NCBI GenBank assembly: GCA_017504945.1 | Contig: JAFVQJ010000023.1 | Coordinates: forward strand, 11,745 to 75,744 | Direction: 5' to 3' | From: Clostridia bacterium | Lineage (GTDB): Bacteria > Bacillota > Clostridia > Oscillospirales > RGIG5299 | DNA: 64,000 nucleotides | In this document: positions 17,966 through 27,462 of the stretch, in pieces | How the letters are laid out: each line of letters opens with the position of its first letter | Position numbering within the stretch: the first letter of the stretch is position 1 | Notes under the pieces: model-generated | Told to the model about the DNA's origin: nothing | Database searches by the model: none | What the model saw: only the letters and a program-made list of their open reading frames with translations | Translations under genes and position numbers: made by a program

Positions 17966-18010
17966 AAGATCCCCGACAGACGTTTTAAAAATCTGTCGGG
18001 GTTATCTCTT
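17966..18010 (+). terminator. Terminator after the orphan gene
   Basis: CCCCGACAGA...TCTGTCGGGG stem followed by a T-rich tail. Confidence 0.7.
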
Positions 18011-18040
18011 TGTTTTCTGAGGATCAAATATCGCTTATCC

Positions 18041-18088
18041 GTAGGGGTGTTCTTTGAACGCCCGCGGACGAACACAGCTCGTCCCTAC
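18041..18088. repeat. GTAG-type REP doublet (REPIN-like)
   Basis: GTAGGGGTGTTCTTTGAACGCCCG followed by the inverted unit CGGACGAACACAGCTCGTCCCTAC. Confidence 0.65.
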
Positions 18089-18167
18089 CGTGTATTGGTA
18101 AAAATATTTTGAAATTTTTCGCTAATTCTGCACGCCCTTCGGGATAGCTTTTTTAATTTGTAAAAGC

Positions 18168-20117
18168 TTACACAGCCTTGAGCCTGTTGCTCTTGCTTTT
18201 TACTACCTGCAGGATAACGGGAACCGCGATCAGCGCAACGCCGATAAGGTCGGTAACGAGTCCGGGGTAGATGAGAAGCAGACCGCCTGCGGCGCTCGGA
18301 ATTCTCTCATACCATTTCATATTGGTAAGGAAATATCCCTCAAGCGAAGCAGATACCGCAAATATGCCTATAAACGAGGTTATGCAGATGAGGATTACCT
18401 CGGGGACGTTTGTATCGATAAGGAGCATTGCGGGGTTTAGTGCAAAAACGTAAGGAACGATAAACGCGCCGATAGCAAGCTTTGTTGCGGTAAACGCCGT
18501 TTTCATTGGGTTTGCCTGTGCAATCGCGGCGCCCGCATAAGCGGCAAGTGCAACGGGCGGAGTGAGGTCGGCAACGATACCGAAATAGAAAACGAAGAAG
18601 TGAGCGGCAATGGGGGGAATACCGAGCTCAACCAGAATGGGAGCGCAGGTAGCCGCCATAATGCAGTAGTTTGCGGTGGTGGGAACACCCATGCCCAAAA
18701 CTATGCAGCAAAGCATCGTGAGGAAGAGGGCGATTATCTTAACGTTGCCCGCAATGGAAATAATGCCGTTAAAGAGAAGGTAAGCAAGACCTGTTGAGGT
18801 GATAAGTCCCGCAACGATACCTGCAACACCGCAGGCTGCGGCGACGGTTATCATACCCTGACCGCCTGCCGCCAACGCTTCAAGCAAGCGCTTGGGGGTA
18901 ATGCGGGTATTTTTGTTAAAGAGGCTTACCAAAATTGCGGCAACTATCGCAATAGCTGCGGCGTAGGCTATTGAATAGGTGCTGGTGCCTACGAGGTAGA
19001 TAAGGAGAAGAAGGGGGAAAAGCAGGTAGCACTGCTTTAAAAGGGGCTTTAGCTTGGGAAGCTCTTCCTTTGTAAGACCCTTAAGTCCCATCTTCTTTGC
19101 CTCAAGATGAACCGTGATAAATACGCCCGCGAAATAGAGAACTGCAGGCAAAATCGCCTTTACCACTATGTTTGAATAAGAAACGCCGAGAGTTTCAGCC
19201 ATAAGGAAGGCGGCGGCGCCCATAATAGGAGGCATTATCTGACCGCCCGTTGAAGCCGAAGCCTCTGCCGCGGCGGCAAATTCGGGCTTATAGCCGGTGC
19301 GCTTCATGAGAGGAATGGTAACTGCGCCCGAGCCTACGGTATTTGCAACCGACGAGCCCGAGACCATACCCTCGAGAGCCGAAGCAACAACAGCAACCTT
19401 TGCGGGACCGCCGGAGAAGCGTCCGACAAAGGCGTTAGAGATGTTAATAAAGAAATCGGCAATGCCGGTGCGCTCAAGAAATGCGCCGAATATAATGAAT
19501 ACCACTATGTATTTCGAGCAAACGTTAATGGGGGTTGAAAGTATGCCCTCCTTGGAATAGAAGAGAACGCGAACGGTCTCGGTTATTCTTGCAAGGAAAT
19601 TGGGGTTGGTTGAGCCCCAGATAAGCGCATAGACGAGAAGCACGCCCGCAACGACGAGTATCGGAATACCGACGCTTCTGCGGCAAAGCTCGGCAAGACA
19701 CAAAATGCCGATGATGCCGATTATCATTTCAAAAGTGGATATTTTAAAGTTGGAAACTATCCTTGTTGCGTTAAAGCAATAGTAAAGGAAGGAGCCGGTG
19801 CCGAGCACCAGAAAAATTATATCGTACCACGGAATATGATTTACCTTCTGCGTACCCTTTTGTGCGGGGAAAACGAGAAATCCGATAAAGGTGATAAACG
19901 CCATAAAAGAGGTAAGACGGATCTCGTCGAGCCAGGTTGCAAAAAGGGTAACGTAAAGACAGAATACCGCAAAGGTGGCAAGAATTGCCGTAACTATCCA
20001 CTTGGGAGCGCCTTCCCATATTCTTACGTTTGACTCACGGTCAAACTTTTTCATTACGTCGTCAAGCGACATGGCTTCTGCGGCTTCGGGAACGTTTTTC
20101 TTTTTGAAAAGTGCCAT
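18168..20117 (-). CDS. TRAP transporter fused permease (4TM/12TM, TAXI-type)
   Basis: GGPAKVAVVAS, SGSSVAN, EASASTGGQIMPPIMGAAAF, LGMGVPTTANY, ADLTPPVALAAY. Confidence 0.93.
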   Translation of the reverse strand: MALFKKKNVPEAAEAMSLDDVMKKFDRESNVRIWEGAPKWIVTAILATFAVFCLYVTLFATWLDEIRLTSFMAFITFIGFLVFPAQKGTQKVNHIPWYDIIFLVLGTGSFLYYCFNATRIVSNFKISTFEMIIGIIGILCLAELCRRSVGIPILVVAGVLLVYALIWGSTNPNFLARITETVRVLFYSKEGILSTPINVCSKYIVVFIIFGAFLERTGIADFFINISNAFVGRFSGGPAKVAVVASALEGMVSGSSVANTVGSGAVTIPLMKRTGYKPEFAAAAEASASTGGQIMPPIMGAAAFLMAETLGVSYSNIVVKAILPAVLYFAGVFITVHLEAKKMGLKGLTKEELPKLKPLLKQCYLLFPLLLLIYLVGTSTYSIAYAAAIAIVAAILVSLFNKNTRITPKRLLEALAAGGQGMITVAAACGVAGIVAGLITSTGLAYLLFNGIISIAGNVKIIALFLTMLCCIVLGMGVPTTANYCIMAATCAPILVELGIPPIAAHFFVFYFGIVADLTPPVALAAYAGAAIAQANPMKTAFTATKLAIGAFIVPYVFALNPAMLLIDTNVPEVILICITSFIGIFAVSASLEGYFLTNMKWYERIPSAAGGLLLIYPGLVTDLIGVALIAVPVILQVVKSKSNRLKAV

Positions 20118-20143
20118 GATGACCTCCTGGGAATATGATAAGC

Positions 20144-20180
20144 AAAAAAATGGCTGAAGCGTTAACTGCAGCCATTTTTA
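20144..20180 (-). terminator. Intergenic stem-loop between the TAXI binding-protein gene and the permease gene
   Basis: AAAAAATGGCTG...CAGCCATTTTT. Confidence 0.55.
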
Positions 20181-20199
20181 AAAGACCTGCTAAAGAAAA

Positions 20200-21150
20200 T
20201 TATTCGGAAACTACGGTAATATTCTTTTCTGCAAAATATTTTGCGGCGCCCTTGTGGAAGGGAACGGTGATACCCTCGGTAGCATTCTCGAGAGAAAGCT
20301 CTGCGCCCTTTGCGTGAGCGGCAGTGATAGAGTCGATATTATCGAAGATAGCCTTGGTGATATTGTAAACGTCCTCCTCGGAGGCGTTTGCGCTTACGAT
20401 AAGGGTTGCCTTAACGGTAACGGTGGTTATCTCCTCGGTCTGACCGCTGTAGGTGCCTGCGGGGATCTTGTAAACGCTGTAGAAGGGTGAAGCCTGAAGA
20501 AGAGTGGATGCAACCTCGCCGCTGATGTCGATAAGGTGAGCCTTGCCGTTGGTGTAGAGCTCCTGAATTGCGGGAGTGGGAGCGCCTGCAACAACGAATG
20601 CTGCGTCGATCTTTCTGTTGGTAAGGTTGTCTGCCGAATCTGCAAACGACTGATACTGAGGAATTATATCGTTCTCGGTAAGACCTGCTGCGTTAAGAAT
20701 GTCGATAGCGTTGAAGTAAACGCCCGAGCCCGGAGCGCCGATGGAAACCTTTTTGCCTTTGAGGTCGGCAACGGATTTGATGTTGGGGTCGGAGGTAACG
20801 AGCTGAACTGCCTCGGCGTAAAGACCGCCGATTACGCGGAAGGACTTAACTGCGCCGTCTGCCTCGAAGGAGCGGGTGCCTGCCCAAGCGTAAGACATAA
20901 CGTCTGACTGAACGGTGCCGAGCTGATAGTTGTCAGAGTCGATACCGATGATGTTAGCCTTGGAGCCGTCGGTTGAAACAACGTTGATATTGATGCCGGT
21001 GGTCTGCTTTATCTGGTTGCCGAGTATGCCGCCGTAACCGTAGTAGGTGCCTGCGGTGCCGCCTGTGCCCATCGTCATCATAGAGCCGCCGCAGGATGCG
21101 AGTGAGAATATAACTGCGACTGCCAATAAAAGTGCAATGATTTTTTTCAT
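20200..21150 (-). CDS. TAXI-family TRAP solute-binding lipoprotein
   Basis: Lipobox LASC; TGGTAGTYY, TDGSKANI, DLKGKKVSIGAPGSG, PFHKGAAKYF. Confidence 0.93.
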   Translation of the reverse strand: MKKIIALLLAVAVIFSLASCGGSMMTMGTGGTAGTYYGYGGILGNQIKQTTGININVVSTDGSKANIIGIDSDNYQLGTVQSDVMSYAWAGTRSFEADGAVKSFRVIGGLYAEAVQLVTSDPNIKSVADLKGKKVSIGAPGSGVYFNAIDILNAAGLTENDIIPQYQSFADSADNLTNRKIDAAFVVAGAPTPAIQELYTNGKAHLIDISGEVASTLLQASPFYSVYKIPAGTYSGQTEEITTVTVKATLIVSANASEEDVYNITKAIFDNIDSITAAHAKGAELSLENATEGITVPFHKGAAKYFAEKNITVVSE

Positions 21151-21297
21151 TTTTGTTCTCCTTGTTTATTAAAGTGTAACATATATTATACATAATATTT
21201 TATCATTTTGCAAGTCTTTGTTTATTTATTGTTACAAATATCCAAAAAAATCAAGCTTTTTCACACTTATAAGCGCTGTTTTTTGGTTATTTTCAAC

Positions 21298-21334
21298 AAA
21301 AAAGCGTCCCGCCTTTGCAAGCGGGACGTTTTTT
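21298..21334 (-). terminator. Terminator after the aconitase X operon
   Basis: AAAAAGCGTCCCGC...GCGGGACGTTTTTT. Confidence 0.75.
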
Positions 21335-21345
21335 ATTCGGTATAT

Positions 21346-21789
21346 TTATTCAACGGTAACGGTGCCGTCTTTTGAAACGGTTATCTTCATTCCGTCCTTG
21401 ACGTAATTTAAAAACTCGTCGCCAAGACAGTCGATAACGGGCATTGAAACGTTTTCCACCCAAACGTCTGCCAATATTGCGCCTGCGGCTGCAAGCGAGT
21501 CGATATGGCTTGCAAAGAGCATGCAGGCGGGATTTTTCTCCATGGCGCAGGCACAGTAGAGCACCAAGCCGCCGGTGGTGGAGCCTATAGTCTGCGGAAG
21601 GCAAAGAGCCTTATTTATAAGCGGCTTGCCGTGAAGCTGCTTGTTGTTCTGGTCGCCGCATTTTACCTCTTTGTCGCCAAACTGCAGAGCCATCTGAAAT
21701 GATGCGAGGGTGTTAAAGCCTTCGGTGGTAACTACTGCCTCAGCCGTTACCTCGCCGGGAGTAATAACTCTTCCTTTAAACTGTTTCAT
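21346..21789 (-). CDS. Aconitase X small (swivel) subunit, DUF126
   Basis: GRVITPGEVTAEAVV...LHGKPLINKALCLPQTIGSTTGG...IDSLAAAGA; TAATG overlap with the large subunit. Confidence 0.85.
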   Translation of the reverse strand: MKQFKGRVITPGEVTAEAVVTTEGFNTLASFQMALQFGDKEVKCGDQNNKQLHGKPLINKALCLPQTIGSTTGGLVLYCACAMEKNPACMLFASHIDSLAAAGAILADVWVENVSMPVIDCLGDEFLNYVKDGMKITVSKDGTVTVE

Positions 21790-23057
21790 TATCTTTTACC
21801 TCCGTTCGTAATTGCCTCGAGGATCTCCGCGTCGGTGTAATATCTTGCGCTGGTGTAGGTGCGGAGCTTGTTTGAGGAGGTTATAACGGGCATCGTCTTG
21901 CAAAGGGGATTGTTCATATACATAAGCGGGCAGATATACGAGGTGATAACGCCCGTTTTTTCAAGCCTTTTTGCATATTCCGTTTCGTTAAACGCCTTTA
22001 AGACCTTGGGAGCGGCGGTAAATACGGTGGGAATTACAACCTTTTTGCCCTGAAGCTTTTCTTCAAGCTTAACAGTCCAATCCTTTAATTGCTCGAGAGA
22101 AAGGTGAGGACAGCCTACAAAGCAAAGCTTGGGAGCGGCATCGGGATTTTTCCATATAACGGGATAGTTGTTTTTAACTCTTTCGAGCTCGGCGTCGTCT
22201 ATAACATATTCCTTTGCGCCCTCTGCGATGAGCTTTGCACCAAGCGAGACTGCCTCGGGAGTGAGGTTTTCAATGTGGTAAAGACCTACCGCGCCGTTTG
22301 AAGCGGTTGCGGCGCCGAAATCCTTGAGGTATGCGCAGGCGGCATCGTTAAGCTCGGTGCCTATCCATTTATCAAGACCCGAAACGTAAGGCACGTCCTC
22401 CATTACCTTCATACCGATAGCGGAGCCGAGCAGCTGTGCCTCGGGCTTTTTTGTGGTGTTTATCTTTACTATCCAGGTGGCCTTTCTGCCCTCGTCGGTG
22501 AGAAGTCCGAAATAGGGAACGTAGCCCACGATAGAGCCCATAATATCGATAATTCCCGAGTTTCTGTTGCATCGTGCGCCAAGCACCGAGTTTGCGTAAA
22601 CGACGGCGCTCGATTCAGCCCACGAGAGAACCTCTCCCATCTTCGGCTTGTTGCCCATTTCGTCCATATAGCAGGTGCAGGAGAAGGCGTCGTCGTTCAT
22701 AAGACCGAGCTCCTTAAGCTGCTTCTCGTAGAAATCCTGCTTGGTATACATAAATTTGTTAAAAACGAGATTCTGAAGAAAATTTGCGGGAACGTTTTTG
22801 TCAAGCGGACGGGGGTCGACCGAAAACTGCTGACCGCTTGCAACGCCTGCATCGAGGAGCTTTTGCATAAGGTCGTAAACGGGCGACATTACCTTAAGTC
22901 CGAAGGATGTGACGAGATGGTTGTATTTCGAGGTGATGGGCACGAGCTTTTCAGCCTCGAAGGCGTCGCCGTACATAACGAGTGTCTTCATGACCTTGGC
23001 AAGAGTTTCACCCTTCTCGCCGTCTAAAATTGCCTGCTGTTCTTTGGTGAGTATCAT
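21789..23057 (-). CDS. Aconitase X large (catalytic) subunit, DUF521
   Basis: MILTKEQQAILDGEKGE, FSCTCY, WAESSAVVYANSVLGARCNRN, LKDFGAATASNGAVGLYHI..LTPEA, GCPHLS. Confidence 0.9.
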   Translation of the reverse strand: MILTKEQQAILDGEKGETLAKVMKTLVMYGDAFEAEKLVPITSKYNHLVTSFGLKVMSPVYDLMQKLLDAGVASGQQFSVDPRPLDKNVPANFLQNLVFNKFMYTKQDFYEKQLKELGLMNDDAFSCTCYMDEMGNKPKMGEVLSWAESSAVVYANSVLGARCNRNSGIIDIMGSIVGYVPYFGLLTDEGRKATWIVKINTTKKPEAQLLGSAIGMKVMEDVPYVSGLDKWIGTELNDAACAYLKDFGAATASNGAVGLYHIENLTPEAVSLGAKLIAEGAKEYVIDDAELERVKNNYPVIWKNPDAAPKLCFVGCPHLSLEQLKDWTVKLEEKLQGKKVVIPTVFTAAPKVLKAFNETEYAKRLEKTGVITSYICPLMYMNNPLCKTMPVITSSNKLRTYTSARYYTDAEILEAITNGGKR

Positions 23058-23072
23058 TTCATTTCCTCCCTA

Positions 23073-25142
23073 TCAAAGCTTCATTGCAACGTCCCAAGCG
23101 CCCCAGATAACGGAGCGAAGGTTTCCGACCTTAAGAGCGTCGCCTATAACGTGAACGTTTTTACCCTTAACGGCAAGAGGTGCGGGATTATAGCCTACCG
23201 AGGTGATTACCGAATCGGCGTCTATCTCAAACGTTTTGCCTTCCTTATCCTTGAGCAGTACCTTTCCGTCATTTATCTCGCAAACGCCCGTTTCGAGATA
23301 GACGGGAAGGTCGTTTGCCTTGAAGCAGTCACGCAGATAGCTGGTGTTTGCAAGGCAGATGCCGGGAGTGGTGATAAGGTCGTCCTGCATTTCGACTATC
23401 GCGGGCTTTTTGCCGCCAAGGAAAAGCTCGTAGGCGATCTCACAGCCGGTAAGGCCGCCGCCGATAATAACGACGTTTTCGCCGACCTCCTTCTTTCCGA
23501 GGAGAAAATCAATAGCCTCGATTGCCTTTTCGGCGCCCTTTATAGGAATTTTCTTTGCCACCGCACCGGTTGCGATTATTATCTCGTCGGCGCCGAGTGA
23601 TGAGAGGTCTTTAACCTCGGTGTTCATCTTTATCTCAATGGGATATTTCGCTATCTCGCGGTTATACCAAGCGATAAGCGCTCTGTCCTTCTCCTTGAAG
23701 GAGGGAGTCGCCGCGGCAATAAACACGCCGCCGAGGTTATCGGACTTTTCGTAAAGAATAACGCTGTGGCCTCTCTTTGCGCAAACTATTGCGGCCTCCA
23801 TACCGCCTATACCGCCGCCGATAACGGCAATTTTCTTTGCCTTCTTTGCGGGCTCGATCTTATATTTTTCCGACTGCATAGTTCTCGGATTGAGAGCGCA
23901 TCTTGCAAGACCCATAGTGTCCTTGAGGTCCTGAGTGTTGGCATGTCCCTTTGATGATGAGAAGTTAAAGCAGCCTGCGTGACAGCAGATGCAGGGCTTT
24001 ATGTCCTCCACCCTGTCCTCTATCATTTTGGTTATCCACTCGGGGTCGGTAAGGAACTGACGTGCAACGCCGACGGCGTCGATCTTTCCGTCCGAAACTG
24101 CCTTGGCACCGACCTCGGCGTCCATTCTTCCGGCGCAGACGACGGGGATATTGACGAATTTCTTTATATGAGCAACGTCCTCAAGGTTGCAGTTTTCGGG
24201 CATATACATAGGCGGATGAGCCCAGTACCACGAGTCGTAGGTGCCGTTGTCGGCGTTGAGCATATCGTAGCCGGCGTCCTCAAGATATTTTGCCGCCTTT
24301 TCCGATTCAGCCATATTTCTGCCTACCTCAACGTAGTCCTCACCGGGCATTGCGCCTTCGCAAAAGCCCTTCATCTTGGACTCGACGGAATAACGGAGCG
24401 AAACGGGGAAATCGTCGCCGCAGGACTCCTTTATAGCCTTTACTATTTCGGTTGCGAAGCGGTAACGGTTTTCAAAGCTGCCGCCGTAATCGTCCTCGCG
24501 CTTGTTGAAGAATTCTATTGCAAACTGATCGAGCAAATAGCCTTCGTGGACAGCGTGGACCTCAACGCCGTCAACGCCGGCGTCCTTACAAAGCTTTGCG
24601 GTCTTTGCAAAAGCCTCGATTATCTCGTGGATCTGCTCGAGAGTCATTTCGGGGCAGATGATGTCGTGCGCCCAGCGCGAAGGCTGTGCAGAGGGACTTG
24701 CAAGCTCGTGAGAGGTGTCTAACACGGGCTTTATAAGGGCGCGCGTGAATTTGTTTTTGTGTAAAGGAGCAACGAGCTCGGTAATTGCCCAGGAGCGACC
24801 CATACCTGCGGTAAGCTGAACGAAAAGCTTTGCGCCGGTCTTGTGGATCTCATCCATAAACTCCTTTAATTCCTCAAACATTTTGGGGTTTTGCCAAAGC
24901 CACTTACCCCAGAAGGTATCACGAAGGGGAGCGATGCCGGGGATAATAAGACCTACGTTATTGTTTGCTCTTTCAAGGAAAAGCCTTGCAGCCTCCTTGT
25001 CGAAATGACATCCGCCGAGCTCGAACCAGCCGAAAAGCGAGGTGCCGCCCATAGGACACATAACGATACGGTTTTTGATCTCTACGTTGCCTATCTTCCA
25101 AGGGGTAAACAACGCTTCGTATTTTTTATCGATTTTCTCCAT
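23073..25142 (-). CDS. Old-yellow-enzyme family 2-enoate reductase-like flavoprotein (FMN, 4Fe-4S, FAD/NADH)
   Basis: LFTPWKIG..EIKNRIVM, HAVHEGYL, CICCHAGC...C, two Rossmann motifs GGGIGG and GGGLTG. Confidence 0.88.
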   Translation of the reverse strand: MEKIDKKYEALFTPWKIGNVEIKNRIVMCPMGGTSLFGWFELGGCHFDKEAARLFLERANNNVGLIIPGIAPLRDTFWGKWLWQNPKMFEELKEFMDEIHKTGAKLFVQLTAGMGRSWAITELVAPLHKNKFTRALIKPVLDTSHELASPSAQPSRWAHDIICPEMTLEQIHEIIEAFAKTAKLCKDAGVDGVEVHAVHEGYLLDQFAIEFFNKREDDYGGSFENRYRFATEIVKAIKESCGDDFPVSLRYSVESKMKGFCEGAMPGEDYVEVGRNMAESEKAAKYLEDAGYDMLNADNGTYDSWYWAHPPMYMPENCNLEDVAHIKKFVNIPVVCAGRMDAEVGAKAVSDGKIDAVGVARQFLTDPEWITKMIEDRVEDIKPCICCHAGCFNFSSSKGHANTQDLKDTMGLARCALNPRTMQSEKYKIEPAKKAKKIAVIGGGIGGMEAAIVCAKRGHSVILYEKSDNLGGVFIAAATPSFKEKDRALIAWYNREIAKYPIEIKMNTEVKDLSSLGADEIIIATGAVAKKIPIKGAEKAIEAIDFLLGKKEVGENVVIIGGGLTGCEIAYELFLGGKKPAIVEMQDDLITTPGICLANTSYLRDCFKANDLPVYLETGVCEINDGKVLLKDKEGKTFEIDADSVITSVGYNPAPLAVKGKNVHVIGDALKVGNLRSVIWGAWDVAMKL

Positions 25143-25236
25143 TTTCGTCTATCCTTTCATAGATATGATTATATTATACATCAAAAATCAAAATATGTAA
25201 AGAAAAATCCCCGCGAAGAAAAACGCGGGGAAAAAA

Positions 25237-25626
25237 TTATTTTTGTTTTTCCAAAACGTAGGTATTGAAGTCGCCGGGTGCGGTTATCGTCTTATCCTTT
25301 GCATTGTAATAGAGCTCTCTGAACCCGAGCATGCCGCTGCCGGTATCGACCCAAACTACCGTATATTTTGCGGTGGAGTCGTCATCGTCCTCATCGTCGA
25401 CCTCGGTAAGAGTTCCCTGATGAGTGGAGGTGTTGTTGTAATAGGTATCGGTGTAAACGCAGGTGATGGATTCTCCGTCGATCTCAAAGGTGAAATCGGC
25501 ATAGCCCTGTGAAACGTGATAAGTGCCGTCAACTCCGTCGCTGCCGCCGGGAAGTGTGCAGGAGGCAAGAATGGCGAAAATACAAGCCAAAACCGCCACG
25601 ACCGCCAAAGACTTTTTGAAATTCAT
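25237..25626 (-). CDS. Small lipoprotein of unknown function
   Basis: Signal peptide with lipobox LASC; beta-rich acidic body. Confidence 0.7.
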   Translation of the reverse strand: MNFKKSLAVVAVLACIFAILASCTLPGGSDGVDGTYHVSQGYADFTFEIDGESITCVYTDTYYNNTSTHQGTLTEVDDEDDDDSTAKYTVVWVDTGSGMLGFRELYYNAKDKTITAPGDFNTYVLEKQK

Positions 25627-25628
25627 AT

Positions 25629-26585
25629 TTAAAGCTCCTTTAAAAATTCTTTTTCAATTTGATTTTTGAAATTCTTTCCTGTTTCGCAAATATAGCGAAG
25701 GGTGGGTAAAAGCATATCCTCGTTTACCTCAAGGGCGGCGATCGCCTGCCTGAAGGTCTCGAAGCTGAGGTCGCCCTCGTAGCCTATTTCCTTAAGAGAA
25801 TTACAAAAATGATTCCAGTTTATATTTCCCGCCATCGGTGCAAGGTGCGCGTCCGTCGTGCCGTCGTTATCGTGAATATGCAGGCATTTTATTCGTTTTC
25901 CCAATACGGGAACGAAAACCCTGAAATCCTTTGAAAGAAGCCGTATATGCCCCGTATCAAGACAGAAGCCGAATACCGCTTTTCCCGCCTTGGCGTTTAA
26001 GCTGTCGATATATTCCGCCGCCTCGTAAGGATCGGAGCATACGCCCTCGATAACGGGACCGCCGCCTGCGGTAAAGAGATTTTCAAGACAAACGGTAACG
26101 TCGCATTTCAAAAGAGTGGGGATAAGCGACTCGTAAAGGCGGTAATTCAATCTCTTTACCGAAGCCGCCGTGTTGACGTTATCGCCGAGCGAAAGAGAGA
26201 TACCGTGGATAACGAGCCTTTTGCACCCAACACTGTTGCAGACCTCAATTACTTTTTTATAAATTTCGGTCATATCGTCGAGAATCTCGGGGGAAGAAGA
26301 CAGATAAGCGGGGAACGGAGCGTGAGCTTGGGTGATAAAGAGTCCCGCTTCTTTTATTGCGTAAAGCTCCTCCTTGAAATATTCAAGCACCTCATTTAAC
26401 GGGCGGAAATAGATGCAGTCCTTTCTTTTTTCGCCGTCGAAAATGACGCTTCGCGGACAGGCGTGCTCAACGCCGTTCCAATCAACAGCGTCAAAGCCTG
26501 CCTCGGCAATCAGACGGTAGCATTTTTTTGCGCCGAGATGCTCTATAATTCCACCGCTTTGAACTGAAATTTTCATAACGCTCAC
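25629..26585 (-). CDS. Sugar phosphate isomerase/epimerase family TIM barrel (AP endonuclease 2 fold)
   Basis: VCLENL, FCLDTGH, LHIHDNDG..DAHLAP..GNINW, SFE. Confidence 0.85.
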   Translation of the reverse strand: MSVMKISVQSGGIIEHLGAKKCYRLIAEAGFDAVDWNGVEHACPRSVIFDGEKRKDCIYFRPLNEVLEYFKEELYAIKEAGLFITQAHAPFPAYLSSSPEILDDMTEIYKKVIEVCNSVGCKRLVIHGISLSLGDNVNTAASVKRLNYRLYESLIPTLLKCDVTVCLENLFTAGGGPVIEGVCSDPYEAAEYIDSLNAKAGKAVFGFCLDTGHIRLLSKDFRVFVPVLGKRIKCLHIHDNDGTTDAHLAPMAGNINWNHFCNSLKEIGYEGDLSFETFRQAIAALEVNEDMLLPTLRYICETGKNFKNQIEKEFLKEL

Positions 26586-26980
26586 TCCTTTGAGGTTTTA
26601 AACAGAAAACGCTTTGCCAAAAGCTCTGCAAAAAAGAATAAAAGACAGCCTATTGCGTAGCAGACGATATCGAAAACGGAAAAGCTTCTTCCGAGTAAAA
26701 TAACGAAGAAAAGTATTTTGTGAAGCCCCAAAAGCTTTACGAAATCAAAATACTGAAGTATCTCGACCGCTGTCGAAAAGAGAAAGACGTAAAGAGGCAA
26801 AAGCGTAAGCTTTTTCGGGAAAAATATTCGTATAAAGGCGCACATAAAGGCGGCAAAAAGGATATCTCCGCCGTAGGGTCTTATAAAGCTGTCCCTCACG
26901 AAAAGGGTGATGATGAGTTCAATAACAAATAAAGCCGCTGTCAAGACGCCGTAAAAAGCTCTTTCCTTTTTCAATGGCAA
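26582..26980 (-). CDS. DUF2809-type membrane protein
   Basis: FVRDSFIRPYGGDIL..., AVEILQY, LGRSFSVFDIVCYAIG; probable TTG start at 26980. Confidence 0.75.
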   Translation of the reverse strand: MPLKKERAFYGVLTAALFVIELIITLFVRDSFIRPYGGDILFAAFMCAFIRIFFPKKLTLLPLYVFLFSTAVEILQYFDFVKLLGLHKILFFVILLGRSFSVFDIVCYAIGCLLFFFAELLAKRFLFKTSKE

Positions 26981-27067
26981 TGCACCTGCCTTTTTATTGA
27001 TTATAGCACACTCCCGCAAATAAATCAAGATGTGGTATTGTATATCGCCATTGCTTTTGCAATGGAT

Positions 27068-27100
27068 AAAAAAATCCAAGTCCGAAGACTTGGATTTTTT
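27068..27100 (-). terminator. Terminator after the small orphan gene
   Basis: AAAAAATCCAAGT-CCGAAG-ACTTGGATTTTTT. Confidence 0.75.
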
Positions 27101-27129
27101 GGCTGTTACGAATTATTATGGTGCCACTA

Positions 27130-27312
27130 TTATTTGTTTGATTTTAATATTTTAAGAAAAACAAAGAAAAGAACAATTGAAATTAAATGCAAGATGATAG
27201 CAATTATTGATATAATTATATGTAGCTCGATAAATAGACCAACAAGGTGAATAAACGAAGCTGTCAAAATGCAGAATAAAGCTAATAAAGAAACAATCTT
27301 TTCTTTTTTCAT
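27130..27312 (-). CDS. Very AT-rich 60-aa orphan membrane protein (two TM helices)
   Basis: RBS GGAG upstream, hydrophobic sequence, own promoter and terminator. Confidence 0.55.
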   Translation of the reverse strand: MKKEKIVSLLALFCILTASFIHLVGLFIELHIIISIIAIILHLISIVLFFVFLKILKSNK

Positions 27313-27433
27313 AATATTAACACTCCAATAAAGCTATATTACATATTTTTGTTTGCTGATTGAAACGTTGGGACAAATAGAATTATCTTATGAAAAGATT
27401 AAATTTTTCATAAACGTACCGCCCTTTTTTGTT

Positions 27434-27462
27434 ATTATATCATAAATTCATATACTTGTCAA
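27434..27462 (-). promoter_or_regulatory. Consensus sigma-A promoter with extended -10, abutting ladder B
   Basis: Minus strand: TTGACA (27457-62), 17 nt, TATAAT (27434-39) preceded by TG. Confidence 0.8.
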
